This document shows positions 19,581-29,389 of a stretch of DNA of 64,000 nucleotides, in pieces; within the stretch, counting starts at the first letter, position 1, and the number at the start of each line of letters is the position of its first letter. The notes beneath the pieces were generated by a model that did not search any database, had not been told where the DNA came from, and saw only the letters and a list, made by a program, of their open reading frames with translations. A program made the translations under genes and the position numbers. The DNA lies in NCBI GenBank assembly GCA_015490805.1, contig WFXC01000018.1, forward strand, positions 72,880-136,879. Direction: 5' to 3'. The DNA comes from Candidatus Kapaibacterium sp. (GTDB lineage Bacteria > Bacteroidota > Ignavibacteria > Kapaibacteriales > WFXC01).

Positions 19581-21245
19581 ATGAAGCAGCGCTTTTTCTT
19601 CGCACTTTTCGGTCTTGCCCTCCTGTTCTGGAGTTGTCGAAGTTTTCAGCCGCCTCCAGTTTCGTTTACCGCTATGCCATCGATGGTTCTGGAAGGAGAT
19701 ACCGTCACCCTCAGCTGGGTGGTTGCTGATGCGGACAGCGCTCGCCTGGAAGGGCAGCGGGTGCCGCTGATTGGAAGAAAGCAGGTCGTGCCAAAAAGCG
19801 GCAGGCATTACACGCTGTGGGTGTATCGGGGAGATTCTGCATATCCTTTTGTGGCAATCGTACACGTGCTGGCACGGAGCAAGACAGTGCCACGCGGGAC
19901 GCCCGCACAGGAGTATCGAAGCACGCAGCCGTCGGTGTACCTGCGAGGAATTGTCAATGCCCAGAGTGTGAAGCCGAAGGATCAGCCGAGACTCGAAATT
20001 TCGCTGATTGATGCTCAGGATCGTGCCGATTCGGTGATCCTGTACTGTACCGTTCGGGATCGCTATGGCAATTACGTTGCGAATTTAGCGCCACCGTACA
20101 ATGACAGTCTTCGACCTTTCTGGCGATCTGTCGTTGAATCCATCGATGGGAAGCCCTATCCTGTTACGGACTTTTCTGTGCGGGAGATCCGGCAAAATAT
20201 TGCACCACCGTTCGTAACAGCATTTGTGCTGGACTATAGTGGCTCGATGAGTGGCGATATTGGCTTTGTGGAGCAGGCATTTCGAGAAGCCCTCCGCTAT
20301 GTGCGTCCCGGTAAGGATGCAGTGACCGTTGTTCAGTTTGATCACCGAGTGTATCACTCCGTTCCGCCGACGATGGATCTGGCGGAAATGCAATCGCTCA
20401 TTCCATTTGGTCTGCTCGCAGGAGGAACGGCATACATTGATGCGGCATCGGTTGGCATAGATGCTGTCGCGAACGTGCCGAAACGGAAGGTGATCATTTT
20501 GTTTACCGATGGATTCGATAATGCTTCCTTCTGGAGTACGCCGCTGGATGTAGTCTTGAAAGCCCGGCGGCTCAATGCCAAGCTATTTGTAATTGGCTTC
20601 GAACGCCCATTCGGTGCGCCTCAGCGGCGATTGCTGGAAGTGATGGCAGCAGTAACCGGGGGAAAAGCCTATTTTCCACGGAGTATTGCTGAACTGGAGT
20701 CCATTTTCCGGGAAATCTACCTGATGTTGCAAGTGTACTACCGCATCGCATACCCGCGTCCGCAGGTTGCAACGCCAGTTCGACTTGTCAATGTAACATT
20801 TAAATTTCCGGGGCTGGATGCCGTACTTTCTGCACAGCGTTCGTACTACGCTTCGGCAAAACCGGCACAGCAACAGCTTCAGCAGGATCGGTGGCAAGAA
20901 AATCGTTCGATCGTTGTGGCGTGGTTTGAGTATGGAAAGTCAACGATTCGGGCACAGGATACAGCTCGATTGCGGGAGTTAGCGGCATTTTTACGGCAGA
21001 ATCCAGACAAGAAAGTGCGAATCATCGGGCATACTGATACCAGCGGCGATGCGGTGGTGAATAAGCGGCTTTCGCTGCGGCGGGCAAAGGCGGTTGCGCA
21101 AATGCTCCGGCAGCTGGGAGTGCCGAAGCGGCAGATTGCGGAAGTTATTGGAAAGGGAGAGGAGGAGCCATTGTATCCACAGGAAGAGAATGAGTATCAA
21201 CGGCAGGAAAATCGCCGGGTTGAAATTCAAATTGTTCGAAGTTAA
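19581..21245 (+). CDS. OmpA-family protein with a von Willebrand factor A (vWA) domain
   Basis: Signal peptide. vWA domain with a MIDAS-like DxSxS motif (LDYSGSMSG). C-terminal OmpA peptidoglycan-binding domain ([26 protein letters not shown]). Confidence 0.8.
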   Translation: MKQRFFFALFGLALLFWSCRSFQPPPVSFTAMPSMVLEGDTVTLSWVVADADSARLEGQRVPLIGRKQVVPKSGRHYTLWVYRGDSAYPFVAIVHVLARSKTVPRGTPAQEYRSTQPSVYLRGIVNAQSVKPKDQPRLEISLIDAQDRADSVILYCTVRDRYGNYVANLAPPYNDSLRPFWRSVVESIDGKPYPVTDFSVREIRQNIAPPFVTAFVLDYSGSMSGDIGFVEQAFREALRYVRPGKDAVTVVQFDHRVYHSVPPTMDLAEMQSLIPFGLLAGGTAYIDAASVGIDAVANVPKRKVIILFTDGFDNASFWSTPLDVVLKARRLNAKLFVIGFERPFGAPQRRLLEVMAAVTGGKAYFPRSIAELESIFREIYLMLQVYYRIAYPRPQVATPVRLVNVTFKFPGLDAVLSAQRSYYASAKPAQQQLQQDRWQENRSIVVAWFEYGKSTIRAQDTARLRELAAFLRQNPDKKVRIIGHTDTSGDAVVNKRLSLRRAKAVAQMLRQLGVPKRQIAEVIGKGEEEPLYPQEENEYQRQENRRVEIQIVRS

Positions 21246-21256
21246 GGAGGAAAAAA

Positions 21257-21290
21257 GACCGGACAGGAGCGACTTCTACTCCTGTCCGGT
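21257..21290. terminator. bidirectional Rho-independent terminator between the convergent ompA-vWA and rho genes
   Basis: Perfect 12 bp stem ACCGGACAGGAG / CTCCTGTCCGGT. A-tract upstream and T-tract downstream. Confidence 0.6.
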
Positions 21291-21296
21291 TTCACT

Positions 21297-22631
21297 TTAC
21301 CAGTTCATATTTTCCAGAAATTCTTTGTTATTCCGGGTTCCTTTGAGCCGATCAAGGAGAAATTCAATCGCTTCTGGTGGCGATAGTTCACTCAGCACTT
21401 TACGGAGAATCCAGATACGGTTGAGGTCCTCGGGAGGAATAAGCAGCTCTTCACGCCGGGTTCCTGAACGATTAACATCGATAGCGGGGAAGATGCGCCG
21501 TTCTGCCAGCCGACGATCCAGCACCAGCTCCATATTTCCCGTTCCTTTGAACTCTTCGAAGATGACTTCGTCCATTCGGCTACCGGTATCAATCAGAGCG
21601 GTAGCGATGATCGTGAGTGATCCTCCTTCTTCAACTTTGCGGGCGGAGCCGAAAAACCGCTTGGGCTTATGCAATGCGTACGCATCAATACCTCCGGAGA
21701 GAACTTTCCCGGAATGGGGCACAACGGCATTATGAGCCCGTGCCAGGCGAGTGATGGAATCCAGTAAGATCACAACGTCGTGCTTTGCTTCCACCAGCCG
21801 CTTGGCTTTTTCAATGACCATATCAGCAACCTGCACGTGCCGCTCTGGTGGTTCATCGAAGGTAGAAGAAATCACTTCTGCCTGCACCGAACGTTTCATA
21901 TCCGTTACTTCTTCCGGGCGTTCATCGATCAGCAAGACAATGGGGATAATCTCAGGATGATTGCGCGTGATGCTGTTGGCGATTTTCTGGAGCAGAATCG
22001 TTTTCCCGGATTTCGGCGGTGAAACAATCAACCCCCGCTGTCCCTTGCCGATGGGGCAGAGCATATCGATGATGCGCATATCGTATTCGCCGGGAACGGT
22101 TTCCAGTTGGATGCGCTCGGTGGGATAGAACGGCGTCAGGTTGTCAAACAGAATCCGATCTTTGATGACCGAAGGATCGACGTGATTGACTTTTTCGATT
22201 TTTAGAAGCGCAAAGAACCGTTCTCCATCTTTCGGTGGACGCACCTGTCCCCGAACTGTATCACCTGTACGCAGCCCGAATCGCTTAATTTGTGACGGTG
22301 ATACGTAGATGTCATCCGGGGAAGGCAGGTAGTTGTAGTCGGGAGATCGGAGAAAACCGTAGCCATCGGGGAGAACCTCCAGAACGCCTTCAGCGATAAT
22401 TGCTCCTTCGGCATCTCCTTTGCCGTCTTGTCTGGGAGCATCTTTTGTGCTTTGTTGATGTTGATGGTAGGCTTCGATGATCTTAAAGATCAGATCTTGT
22501 TTCCGGATGCCTGCATAGTTCTGGATTCCCAGTTCTTTGGCAATTTCCACTAATTCAGCTACCTTCTTCTTTTTGAGTTCCTTGACATCTAAGTCGACTG
22601 TGAGAATGTCCTTTTTCGTGAGTGTTGCCAT
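21297..22631 (-). CDS. rho: transcription termination factor Rho
   Basis: N-terminal Rho_N/CSD region. Walker [16 protein letters not shown]. RecA-like core. Confidence 0.95.
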   Translation of the reverse strand: MATLTKKDILTVDLDVKELKKKKVAELVEIAKELGIQNYAGIRKQDLIFKIIEAYHQHQQSTKDAPRQDGKGDAEGAIIAEGVLEVLPDGYGFLRSPDYNYLPSPDDIYVSPSQIKRFGLRTGDTVRGQVRPPKDGERFFALLKIEKVNHVDPSVIKDRILFDNLTPFYPTERIQLETVPGEYDMRIIDMLCPIGKGQRGLIVSPPKSGKTILLQKIANSITRNHPEIIPIVLLIDERPEEVTDMKRSVQAEVISSTFDEPPERHVQVADMVIEKAKRLVEAKHDVVILLDSITRLARAHNAVVPHSGKVLSGGIDAYALHKPKRFFGSARKVEEGGSLTIIATALIDTGSRMDEVIFEEFKGTGNMELVLDRRLAERRIFPAIDVNRSGTRREELLIPPEDLNRIWILRKVLSELSPPEAIEFLLDRLKGTRNNKEFLENMNW

Positions 22632-22779
22632 ACGTGAAACGTGATTTTATGAAACTTCACTTTTATTGTCGCGCTTACTCTTTATGCGTTCGCAGGGAAA
22701 TGCAGATAGAGTGCGTAAGGAAGGTTTATATTACACCCTTAACAAGACAGCTAAACGCACAGTAAGCGAAAAAATTGTA

Positions 22780-22841
22780 CCAAATAGCAAAAAGGAAAAG
22801 CGCCCATTTCGCATTACCGGGAAACGTAAGGGCGCTTTTCC
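22780..22841 (-). terminator. Rho-independent terminator after flgE
   Basis: Perfect 12 bp stem GGAAAAGCGCCC / GGGCGCTTTTCC. Followed on the minus strand by TTTTTGCTATTT. Lies 20 nt after the flgE stop. Confidence 0.55.
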
Positions 22842-22860
22842 CTGAGCCGGCTGGAGGTTA

Positions 22861-24231
22861 TTACCGCCGGAGAGCGGTGATTTCGGTGAGAAACTGATCG
22901 CTAACGGTGACCACGCGAGCCGCAGCCTGGAATGCGCGCTGGGTTGCGATCATATCTGTGAATTCCTCTGTCAGATCGACGTTCGATTCTTCTAAAGCGC
23001 CGCTGGCAATGGCGGTTCCAGGGAAGATTTCTACTGCTGTTCCAATTTTTGCCAGACCACTGTTGGGCGTAACGCTGTAGAAGTTGTTCCCTTCTTTTAG
23101 CAACCCTTCAGGATTGTTGAACTGGGCAATAACGATCTGACCCAGAAGCTCCGACTGCCCATTGCTAAAGGCACCAATGATTTTTCCCGTTTGATCAATG
23201 GTGATTTTTTCTAATTCGCCGGATGAATAACCATCCTGACTGGTTACAGAAACCGTGCTTTGGGCAGCAAACTGGGTAATGCCCCCCAATAAATCCGTTG
23301 GCTCTGCCAGAATTACTGTGATGTCTTTTGGCGTTGTGTCATCGAAGGCAGTAACCGGTGTTCCGTTAATAGCTGACAAGGTCGCATTGAGATCAGCGGC
23401 CGTTAGTGTGAAATTCAACGGAGAGCTGAGCGTTCCATCACCATTGAACGTGATCGTCTGCGTTGTTGCTGAGGCACCACCCACGGTGATCGGGATGGGG
23501 TTGGCGGTGTCGCCGTCAATAAAAACTTCCAGGGTAAACTGGTTGATCGTTGCGGATTTCGTAAACTGCAATCGCAGTACGTGTTCTGCACCCTGGTTGT
23601 CGTAAATGGTCACAGTAGGATTCACCGTGTCACCAGCAGCAAGCGAAGCGTTCAGATTTCCTGCTAATTTGATCTCTTGCGTCTGCCGTGGTGCCGATTT
23701 GAATGTTGGCGGAACCTTGATGTTGGTCAGTGTCCGATCCAGAACGTTCACGCCATTGGAGTCTTTAACGACCAACCCATTGCTGTCTTTCTTGAGATTG
23801 TATCCCTGCACGTACGCTCCCGTCGAGCTATCAACCAGGAAACCATCTCGGTCGAAGGAAAAAGCTCCCGCGCGGGTAAACAATTGTTTCCCGTTGCGTT
23901 CGACAACGAAGAAACCGGGACCCTGAAGTGCTAAGTCTGTTGGGCGGTTTGTAACTTTAATCGAGCCCTGGGCAAAATCTACCTTGACACTTCCCAGACG
24001 GACACCCAGCCCAATCTGGAGGGGATCAATACCGCCAATACCGCCGGCGGTAATGATGTTCGGCGCACTCCCCAGTCGGAAGGTTTGATTAAACTGTTCG
24101 ATGAAATTTGCCCGGCTGGCTTTGTAACCAATGGTATTGACGTTTGCAATGTTGTTGGCAATTACATCAAATCGCTGCTGGTGTGCTTTGAGCGATGATG
24201 TACCGGCTGTGAGAGAACGAATCAATGGCAT
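22861..24231 (-). CDS. flgE: flagellar hook protein FlgE
   Basis: 456 aa. N-terminal flagellar basal-body rod domain (ANNIANVNTIGYK). Conserved C-terminal helix (MIATQRAFQAAARVVTVSDQ). Confidence 0.9.
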   Translation of the reverse strand: MPLIRSLTAGTSSLKAHQQRFDVIANNIANVNTIGYKASRANFIEQFNQTFRLGSAPNIITAGGIGGIDPLQIGLGVRLGSVKVDFAQGSIKVTNRPTDLALQGPGFFVVERNGKQLFTRAGAFSFDRDGFLVDSSTGAYVQGYNLKKDSNGLVVKDSNGVNVLDRTLTNIKVPPTFKSAPRQTQEIKLAGNLNASLAAGDTVNPTVTIYDNQGAEHVLRLQFTKSATINQFTLEVFIDGDTANPIPITVGGASATTQTITFNGDGTLSSPLNFTLTAADLNATLSAINGTPVTAFDDTTPKDITVILAEPTDLLGGITQFAAQSTVSVTSQDGYSSGELEKITIDQTGKIIGAFSNGQSELLGQIVIAQFNNPEGLLKEGNNFYSVTPNSGLAKIGTAVEIFPGTAIASGALEESNVDLTEEFTDMIATQRAFQAAARVVTVSDQFLTEITALRR

Positions 24232-24420
24232 CGGGAGACCCTCATTTTATGAAACATTTCCCTGCTTCCGTGTCAATAAATGGGGCATTGATTCAGCAGG
24301 GGGAACACTCCTCAGTCGATCGGAGTGTTCCAGGAGGGTCCCCCACCCCGATGGTGGGTCCAACCCTCGCAGGAGACACTCGCACTCACAATCCCTGTGA
24401 ATCAATGCATCCCTGCATTG

Positions 24421-24810
24421 CTATTTGTCAAAAAAGACCGCCGCGTCAATGTTTGTTACTATCCGCTCTGTCAATTGTTGCTGGTCTAATGCTGTAATCA
24501 CAGTCTTGTTTTCGACACTTACAACAAAAGCTTTACGACCAATTACAATCAGGGCATTTCGTGCCCCTTTGGTTGCCGCCAGCTCTATACCCTTGATCAG
24601 CGATTGAAATTCGGTAGGGGAGGGATACAATGCCCGACTGCGGAGTCGCTCTAAAGCGTGAGCAGAAAATCGCAACTGTTTCTGTGCACGCTGTAGAACC
24701 TTCGCAAAGGGTTCTGGGGAACCAAGCTCTTTGGGCGCACGCGACGGCTTCGGTGCCGTCGAAGATGTTCTGGGGAGAAATGGAACCTGTATGCCGTTGA
24801 CTTCGGGCAT
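24421..24810 (-). CDS. small protein, possibly a flagellar-operon protein (TIGR02530-like) of the kind usually found between flgD and flgE
   Basis: 129 aa ORF immediately upstream of flgE on the same strand. Weak similarity to the flg_new family from memory. No database search was possible. Confidence 0.35.
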   Translation of the reverse strand: MPEVNGIQVPFLPRTSSTAPKPSRAPKELGSPEPFAKVLQRAQKQLRFSAHALERLRSRALYPSPTEFQSLIKGIELAATKGARNALIVIGRKAFVVSVENKTVITALDQQQLTERIVTNIDAAVFFDK

Positions 24811-25057
24811 TGTGCGCTACCGGTTCATCCGTGAACACTGCTTCATCCTTCGTTCGCTCGTACTTATCGGCGATTTGCTTCAGGACTTAAACACTCCCTG
24901 CTAAGAGGGTAGCATCACTCATTGGAATGGCGCTGTTCTTTTCCGGTTATTTTGCCATAGAGCCCTTTTGTCGAGGAAGAAACTGTTGCTGGAGAAGAGG
25001 AAAGTGTATTCCAGAGCAGTCAGGGAAAGGAAAGCTGAATACAAGAGCTGAGGTTCG

Positions 25058-25096
25058 GATAGTGGTAAAATAAAAATGCCCCCCGGTGTCACCACT
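25058..25096 (-). terminator. Rho-independent terminator after ugd
   Basis: Stem GCCCCCGGTG / CACCGGAGGG with one mismatch. Followed on the minus strand by CATTTTTATTTT. Confidence 0.45.
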
Positions 25097-25212
25097 CACC
25101 GGAGGGCACTCCCCTTCTCACCTTTCGCCCTGAAAGGAGGACTTTTTATGTTCTTCAAAGAACCGTTCGTTGTTTAATCCAAATGCAAATATACGAAATT
25201 TCGCGCAACCTG

Positions 25213-26583
25213 TCAAGGGTTTGCTGCAAATTGCCGGGAATTTGTGACCGGAACGACCGGCGGTCGACCAACACTGTAGTATTCGAATTGCTGTTGTCGC
25301 ATTGTGTCCAGATCAAATACATTGCGCCCGTCGAAGATGATCGGCGCTTTGAGACGGTGCCGGATTTCGGCAAAGTCCGGGAAGCGAAACTCATTCCACT
25401 CTGTGGCAATGATGAGCGCGTCGGCATTGTCCAGCGTCTGGTACATCGTTGTTCCGTACTCGATGCGATCCTGGTATCGCTTCCGGGTGTTCTCCATTGC
25501 TTCGGGATCATAGACGCGCAGTTGTGCCCCTGCTGCCAGGAGCCGGTCGATAACTTTAAATGCCGGTGCTTCTCGAACATCATCCGTATTAGGTTTAAAG
25601 GCTAAACCCCAGAGGGCAAAGAGGCGACCGTGGAGATTTTCTCCAAATCGTTCAAAGATTTTGGATACAAATCGCTCGATCTGAAGCTGGTTGACATTCT
25701 CTGCCGCTTCGATGATCTGGAGCGGTACGCCGACTTCTGCTGCGGAGCGGAGAATGGCTTTGAGATCCTTGGGAAAGCAACTGCCGCCATAGCCCAAACC
25801 GGGGAAGAGAAAGCGCTTGCCGATTCGAGGATCCGCTCCCAGTGCCAGGCGAACCAAATCCACATTCGCACCGACTTTTTCACAGAATGCTGCAATGTCA
25901 TTCATAAACGAGATTTTGGTTGCTAAAAAGGCGTTGGCAGCGTATTTGGTGATCTCGGCGCTCAGTTCATCCATCACAAAAATTGGATTGCCGCTCCGCG
26001 TAAAGGGTTTGTACAGTTGTCGCATTACCTCTGCTGCTGCTGGGTTGGAGGTTCCAACAACGACGCGATCTGGTTTCATAAAGTCTTCTACGGCAAATCC
26101 TTCGCGCAGAAATTCCGGATTACTCACAACAGTGACGTTTGCTTCCGGGTAGATGCCAAGGATAGTGTCCCGCACTTTGAAAGCCGTTCCCACCGGAACG
26201 GTACTTTTGTTCACGACAATTTTGTGATCCCGGATTTGGTTCGCTTTTAAGAACGTTCCTATCTGGCGAGCAACCTGGAGGACGTAGCTCAGATCGGCAG
26301 ATCCATCTTCATCAGGTGGCGTTGGAAGGCAGAGCATAATAATTTCTGCCCACGGCAGCACGGATTCCAGTTGCGTTGTAAATTGAATGCGTTGTTCCCG
26401 GAGGTTTCGCTCCAGCAGGACGTCCAATCCCGGTTCGTAAATCGGTACAATTCCTTGCTGCAACTTCGCAACTTTTTCTTCATCGACATCAACGCACACA
26501 ACTTCATTGCCGATTTCAGCAAAACAGACACCCGTGACTAACCCAACATAGCCCGTTCCAACTACCGCAATTTTGTAAGCCAT
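25213..26583 (-). CDS. ugd: UDP-glucose 6-dehydrogenase
   Basis: N-terminal Rossmann motif VVGTGYVGLVTG. Catalytic Cys region (GGSCFPKD). The ORF-track N-terminal extension looks non-coding. Start taken at MAYKIAVVG. Confidence 0.9.
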   Translation of the reverse strand: MAYKIAVVGTGYVGLVTGVCFAEIGNEVVCVDVDEEKVAKLQQGIVPIYEPGLDVLLERNLREQRIQFTTQLESVLPWAEIIMLCLPTPPDEDGSADLSYVLQVARQIGTFLKANQIRDHKIVVNKSTVPVGTAFKVRDTILGIYPEANVTVVSNPEFLREGFAVEDFMKPDRVVVGTSNPAAAEVMRQLYKPFTRSGNPIFVMDELSAEITKYAANAFLATKISFMNDIAAFCEKVGANVDLVRLALGADPRIGKRFLFPGLGYGGSCFPKDLKAILRSAAEVGVPLQIIEAAENVNQLQIERFVSKIFERFGENLHGRLFALWGLAFKPNTDDVREAPAFKVIDRLLAAGAQLRVYDPEAMENTRKRYQDRIEYGTTMYQTLDNADALIIATEWNEFRFPDFAEIRHRLKAPIIFDGRNVFDLDTMRQQQFEYYSVGRPPVVPVTNSRQFAANP

Positions 26584-26645
26584 CCGCCTGCTTGTTCGTC
26601 GTGGAACAAAAAGACAGCAATAGACAGTAGAACGATCGGAATATT

Positions 26646-27365
26646 TTGTCGACGATGCCGAAATTTCAGCAACCAGTGGCAGCAGATCTGCCCACGGATG
26701 ATCCACGAAATTTGTCTTTTGAAGTCAATGAAATTTTTTATTCGATTCAGGGCGAAGGAACCCGTGCTGGTTTACCCTGTGTCTTTGTTCGCTTGCACGG
26801 GTGCTCCCTGCGGTGTAAATGGTGCGATACGCAGTATGCAGTGGATCGCCGGCTTCCGGCTCAGAAAATGACCGGTGCGGAGATTCTGCACGCAGTTGCG
26901 CAGCATAAGGTGAAATTTGTGGAGTTTACGGGAGGCGAACCCCTGGAGCAGATCAATGTGTTCCCATTGATGGAGCTCCTCTGCGACCTGGGCTATACCG
27001 TTGCGGTGGAGACTGGTGGGCATATTGATATTCAGCTATGTGATCCACGGGTCATCCGAATTGTGGATGTGAAATGTCCATCATCGAAAATGGCGCCGCT
27101 GAACTATTATCCTAACCTGGAGGCATTGCGCGAACAGGATGAGGTGAAATTTGTCATTGGCAATCGGGAAGATTTTGAATGGGCGCTGGAGATCGTAGAG
27201 AAATATCAGTTGCTTGAGCGGACCGCAGCAGTGCTGTTTTCTCCCGTGTGGCAGTGGCTGGAACCCCGGCAGTTAGCAGAGTGGATTCTGGAAACACACT
27301 TACCCATCCGGCTTCAGTTGCAGATTCACAAGTACATCTGGGGACCGGATGTCCGGGGCGTTTGA
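26646..27365 (+). CDS. queE: 7-carboxy-7-deazaguanine synthase (radical SAM)
   Basis: QueE N-terminal motif IQGEG. Radical-SAM cluster CSLRCKWCDT. Confidence 0.8.
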   Translation: MSTMPKFQQPVAADLPTDDPRNLSFEVNEIFYSIQGEGTRAGLPCVFVRLHGCSLRCKWCDTQYAVDRRLPAQKMTGAEILHAVAQHKVKFVEFTGGEPLEQINVFPLMELLCDLGYTVAVETGGHIDIQLCDPRVIRIVDVKCPSSKMAPLNYYPNLEALREQDEVKFVIGNREDFEWALEIVEKYQLLERTAAVLFSPVWQWLEPRQLAEWILETHLPIRLQLQIHKYIWGPDVRGV

Positions 27366-27366
27366 G

Positions 27367-28038
27367 CTATCCGTGTTGAGAAGATGCTGGCTGCGTACCT
27401 GATTTTTTCCATATATTCATTCGACGGCACCACCATTGCACCTGCTGGTAGTCTTCGGGAGTATGGATGTTAAAGAATGGGGAGGGGAAAGTGTTTCGAG
27501 CAAAAGCTGCGCAGTCAACAAATGCGTGGGGTAGGGATTCCAGTGCCTGAAAGACGCTGCGAATGCCCTGCTGGAACAGAGCTTTAAGTTGCGGATAGGT
27601 TGAGCGATTCCAGAGTGCTACTAAGGGATAGCGAGAATCGCAGGTTGCGGTGCATAGGATCGGAGCTGTTTGCTGATGACGCCAGAGGTGGCGGTAAATC
27701 GCTGGATATAGAAATGGCATATCCACCGGGAATACAGCGATCCAGGAGTGCGGTATCTGCTCGAAAGCGGTGAGAATGCCGGCTAAGGGACCTTCGGAGG
27801 GAAAGCGATCCAGCAGCCGGCGTACTCGCGGATCACGAACGGAGAAAAGCAGACTGCTAATGATCCATACGTGTGGGGTAAGCTGGCGAGCGAGAGAAAC
27901 AGCGTGATCCAGGAGGCGAAAGTGGCAGAAAGGCGCCGTTGCCTTTGGCGCGCCAAACCGCCGACTGAATCCTCCTGCCAGGACAACTGCTGCAAAGGGA
28001 TGTTGAGATACAGCTCTATGGTTGGACTGTGATGGCAA
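27367..28038 (-). CDS. mobA: molybdenum cofactor guanylyltransferase MobA-like
   Basis: N-terminal nucleotide-binding motif VVLAGGFSRRFG. 223 aa. Confidence 0.6.
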   Translation of the reverse strand: MPSQSNHRAVSQHPFAAVVLAGGFSRRFGAPKATAPFCHFRLLDHAVSLARQLTPHVWIISSLLFSVRDPRVRRLLDRFPSEGPLAGILTAFEQIPHSWIAVFPVDMPFLYPAIYRHLWRHQQTAPILCTATCDSRYPLVALWNRSTYPQLKALFQQGIRSVFQALESLPHAFVDCAAFARNTFPSPFFNIHTPEDYQQVQWWCRRMNIWKKSGTQPASSQHG

Positions 28039-28771
28039 CGTCCTGAACGGTTCCGCTTGCTGTGCTCAGGCGCAAAAAGTAGGTTCCCGGTGGAAGGTTA
28101 AATTGCAAAGGAACACCGTGCAGCCCGCTGTTGAATTCAGAGCGAAGTAGGCGATGCACCTGGCGCCCGTCGATCGAAAAGATCGATAGCTCGATGGGTT
28201 CTGGATGTGCAAGTGAGAACTGGACAGTAACCGTTCCACGGTTCGGATTCGGTGAAACGTTGAGAATCGCCGTTGAGGTCGGGAAATCTGCCTCTGGAAC
28301 ATTGACCAGCCCCGGAATGGTAATGGTCAGCAACGTTCCATCAAAGTTGGTTCCGTATTGTTTCAAAGGTTCTGTTGCTGGTCCTTGTATCACCTGCCCC
28401 TCAGCAGTGAATCGCGAACCGTGGCAGCTACAGTTGATAAATCCTTGCTGGGCGTCATAGGGAGAAACGCAACAACCGGCGTGGGTACAACGAGCAGATA
28501 CGGCAGCGAATTGATCATTGCTAAGCCGGGTCACCACAATTTTACTCTGTCCTGCACATTGATCAGCGCTTGGCAAACCATCAATTTCCAGAATCACAGA
28601 ACCGAAAACCGTCTGCAATTCCGGGTAGTCCGCAACGGAAATAGTGATTTCCCCGAGAATGCGATTCTTTGAGTCCCGGAACAGACGCAGGGGCAGGGCG
28701 GAGGCGATACCAGCGCTGGTAACTAACGTGGCGGAAACCAGCCATTGCAAAAACTCACGACGGGTCGTCAT
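28016..28771 (-). CDS. Rieske [2Fe-2S] domain protein with a twin-arginine signal peptide and a T9SS C-terminal sorting domain
   Basis: Tat motif TRREFLQ. Rieske boxes CTHAGC and CSCHGS. C-terminal approximately 85 aa Por_Secre_tail-like region (NVSPNPNRGTVTVQF...LPPGTYFLRLSTASGTVQDVAITV). Confidence 0.75.
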   Translation of the reverse strand: MTTRREFLQWLVSATLVTSAGIASALPLRLFRDSKNRILGEITISVADYPELQTVFGSVILEIDGLPSADQCAGQSKIVVTRLSNDQFAAVSARCTHAGCCVSPYDAQQGFINCSCHGSRFTAEGQVIQGPATEPLKQYGTNFDGTLLTITIPGLVNVPEADFPTSTAILNVSPNPNRGTVTVQFSLAHPEPIELSIFSIDGRQVHRLLRSEFNSGLHGVPLQFNLPPGTYFLRLSTASGTVQDVAITVQP

Positions 28772-28774
28772 TGC

Positions 28775-29281
28775 TTATCCTTCTTTGTGAACAACATCTT
28801 GTAAAATTTTTTCCAGTTTCTCAAGGTCCAGATTTTCGTAGTAGTCTTCGTTAATGGCGATCATAGGAGCCCCACCGCAGGCGCCCATGCACTCTACTTC
28901 TTCCAGCGAGACCAATCCATCGGGAGTTCGCTCCAGGTGGTCGATGTTGTATTTCTTGCGCAGGTAGTCCCACAGATCATACGCTCCTCGGAGCATACAG
29001 GAGACATTGGTGCACACCTGGATATGGTATTTCCCCATCGGTTTCTTGAAGTACATCGTGTAGAATCGTACCACACCCTGGACGTGAGCATAGGGAAGGT
29101 TCAGAAGCTCAGCGACGTATTTCATTACATCCGTTGAAATCCAGCCAAATTTTTTTTGTGCCATCCAGAGCACCGGCATCAGGGCAGCTTTTGGGTGTGG
29201 ATAGCGCGCTTTGATCGCCTCAATTTGCTGCAGCTCTTCTTCAGAAAAAGCAATGGATTCTGCTGCGTGCTGCTCCGACAT
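28775..29281 (-). CDS. nuoE: NuoE-like (24 kDa subunit family) thioredoxin-like [2Fe-2S] ferredoxin, located away from any nuo operon
   Basis: 168 aa. Cys ligands in the typical spacing (CTNVSC...CMGACGGAP). Confidence 0.75.
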   Translation of the reverse strand: MSEQHAAESIAFSEEELQQIEAIKARYPHPKAALMPVLWMAQKKFGWISTDVMKYVAELLNLPYAHVQGVVRFYTMYFKKPMGKYHIQVCTNVSCMLRGAYDLWDYLRKKYNIDHLERTPDGLVSLEEVECMGACGGAPMIAINEDYYENLDLEKLEKILQDVVHKEG

Positions 29282-29389
29282 TGCGAAAACCCTTTTTATG
29301 GAACGATCGTCGAACTACAAATATCGGGAGAAATGGGGAAATAGGGAATGGAAGGAAAGAATGTTGCTTATAAAGTTTGATACAGAAAG

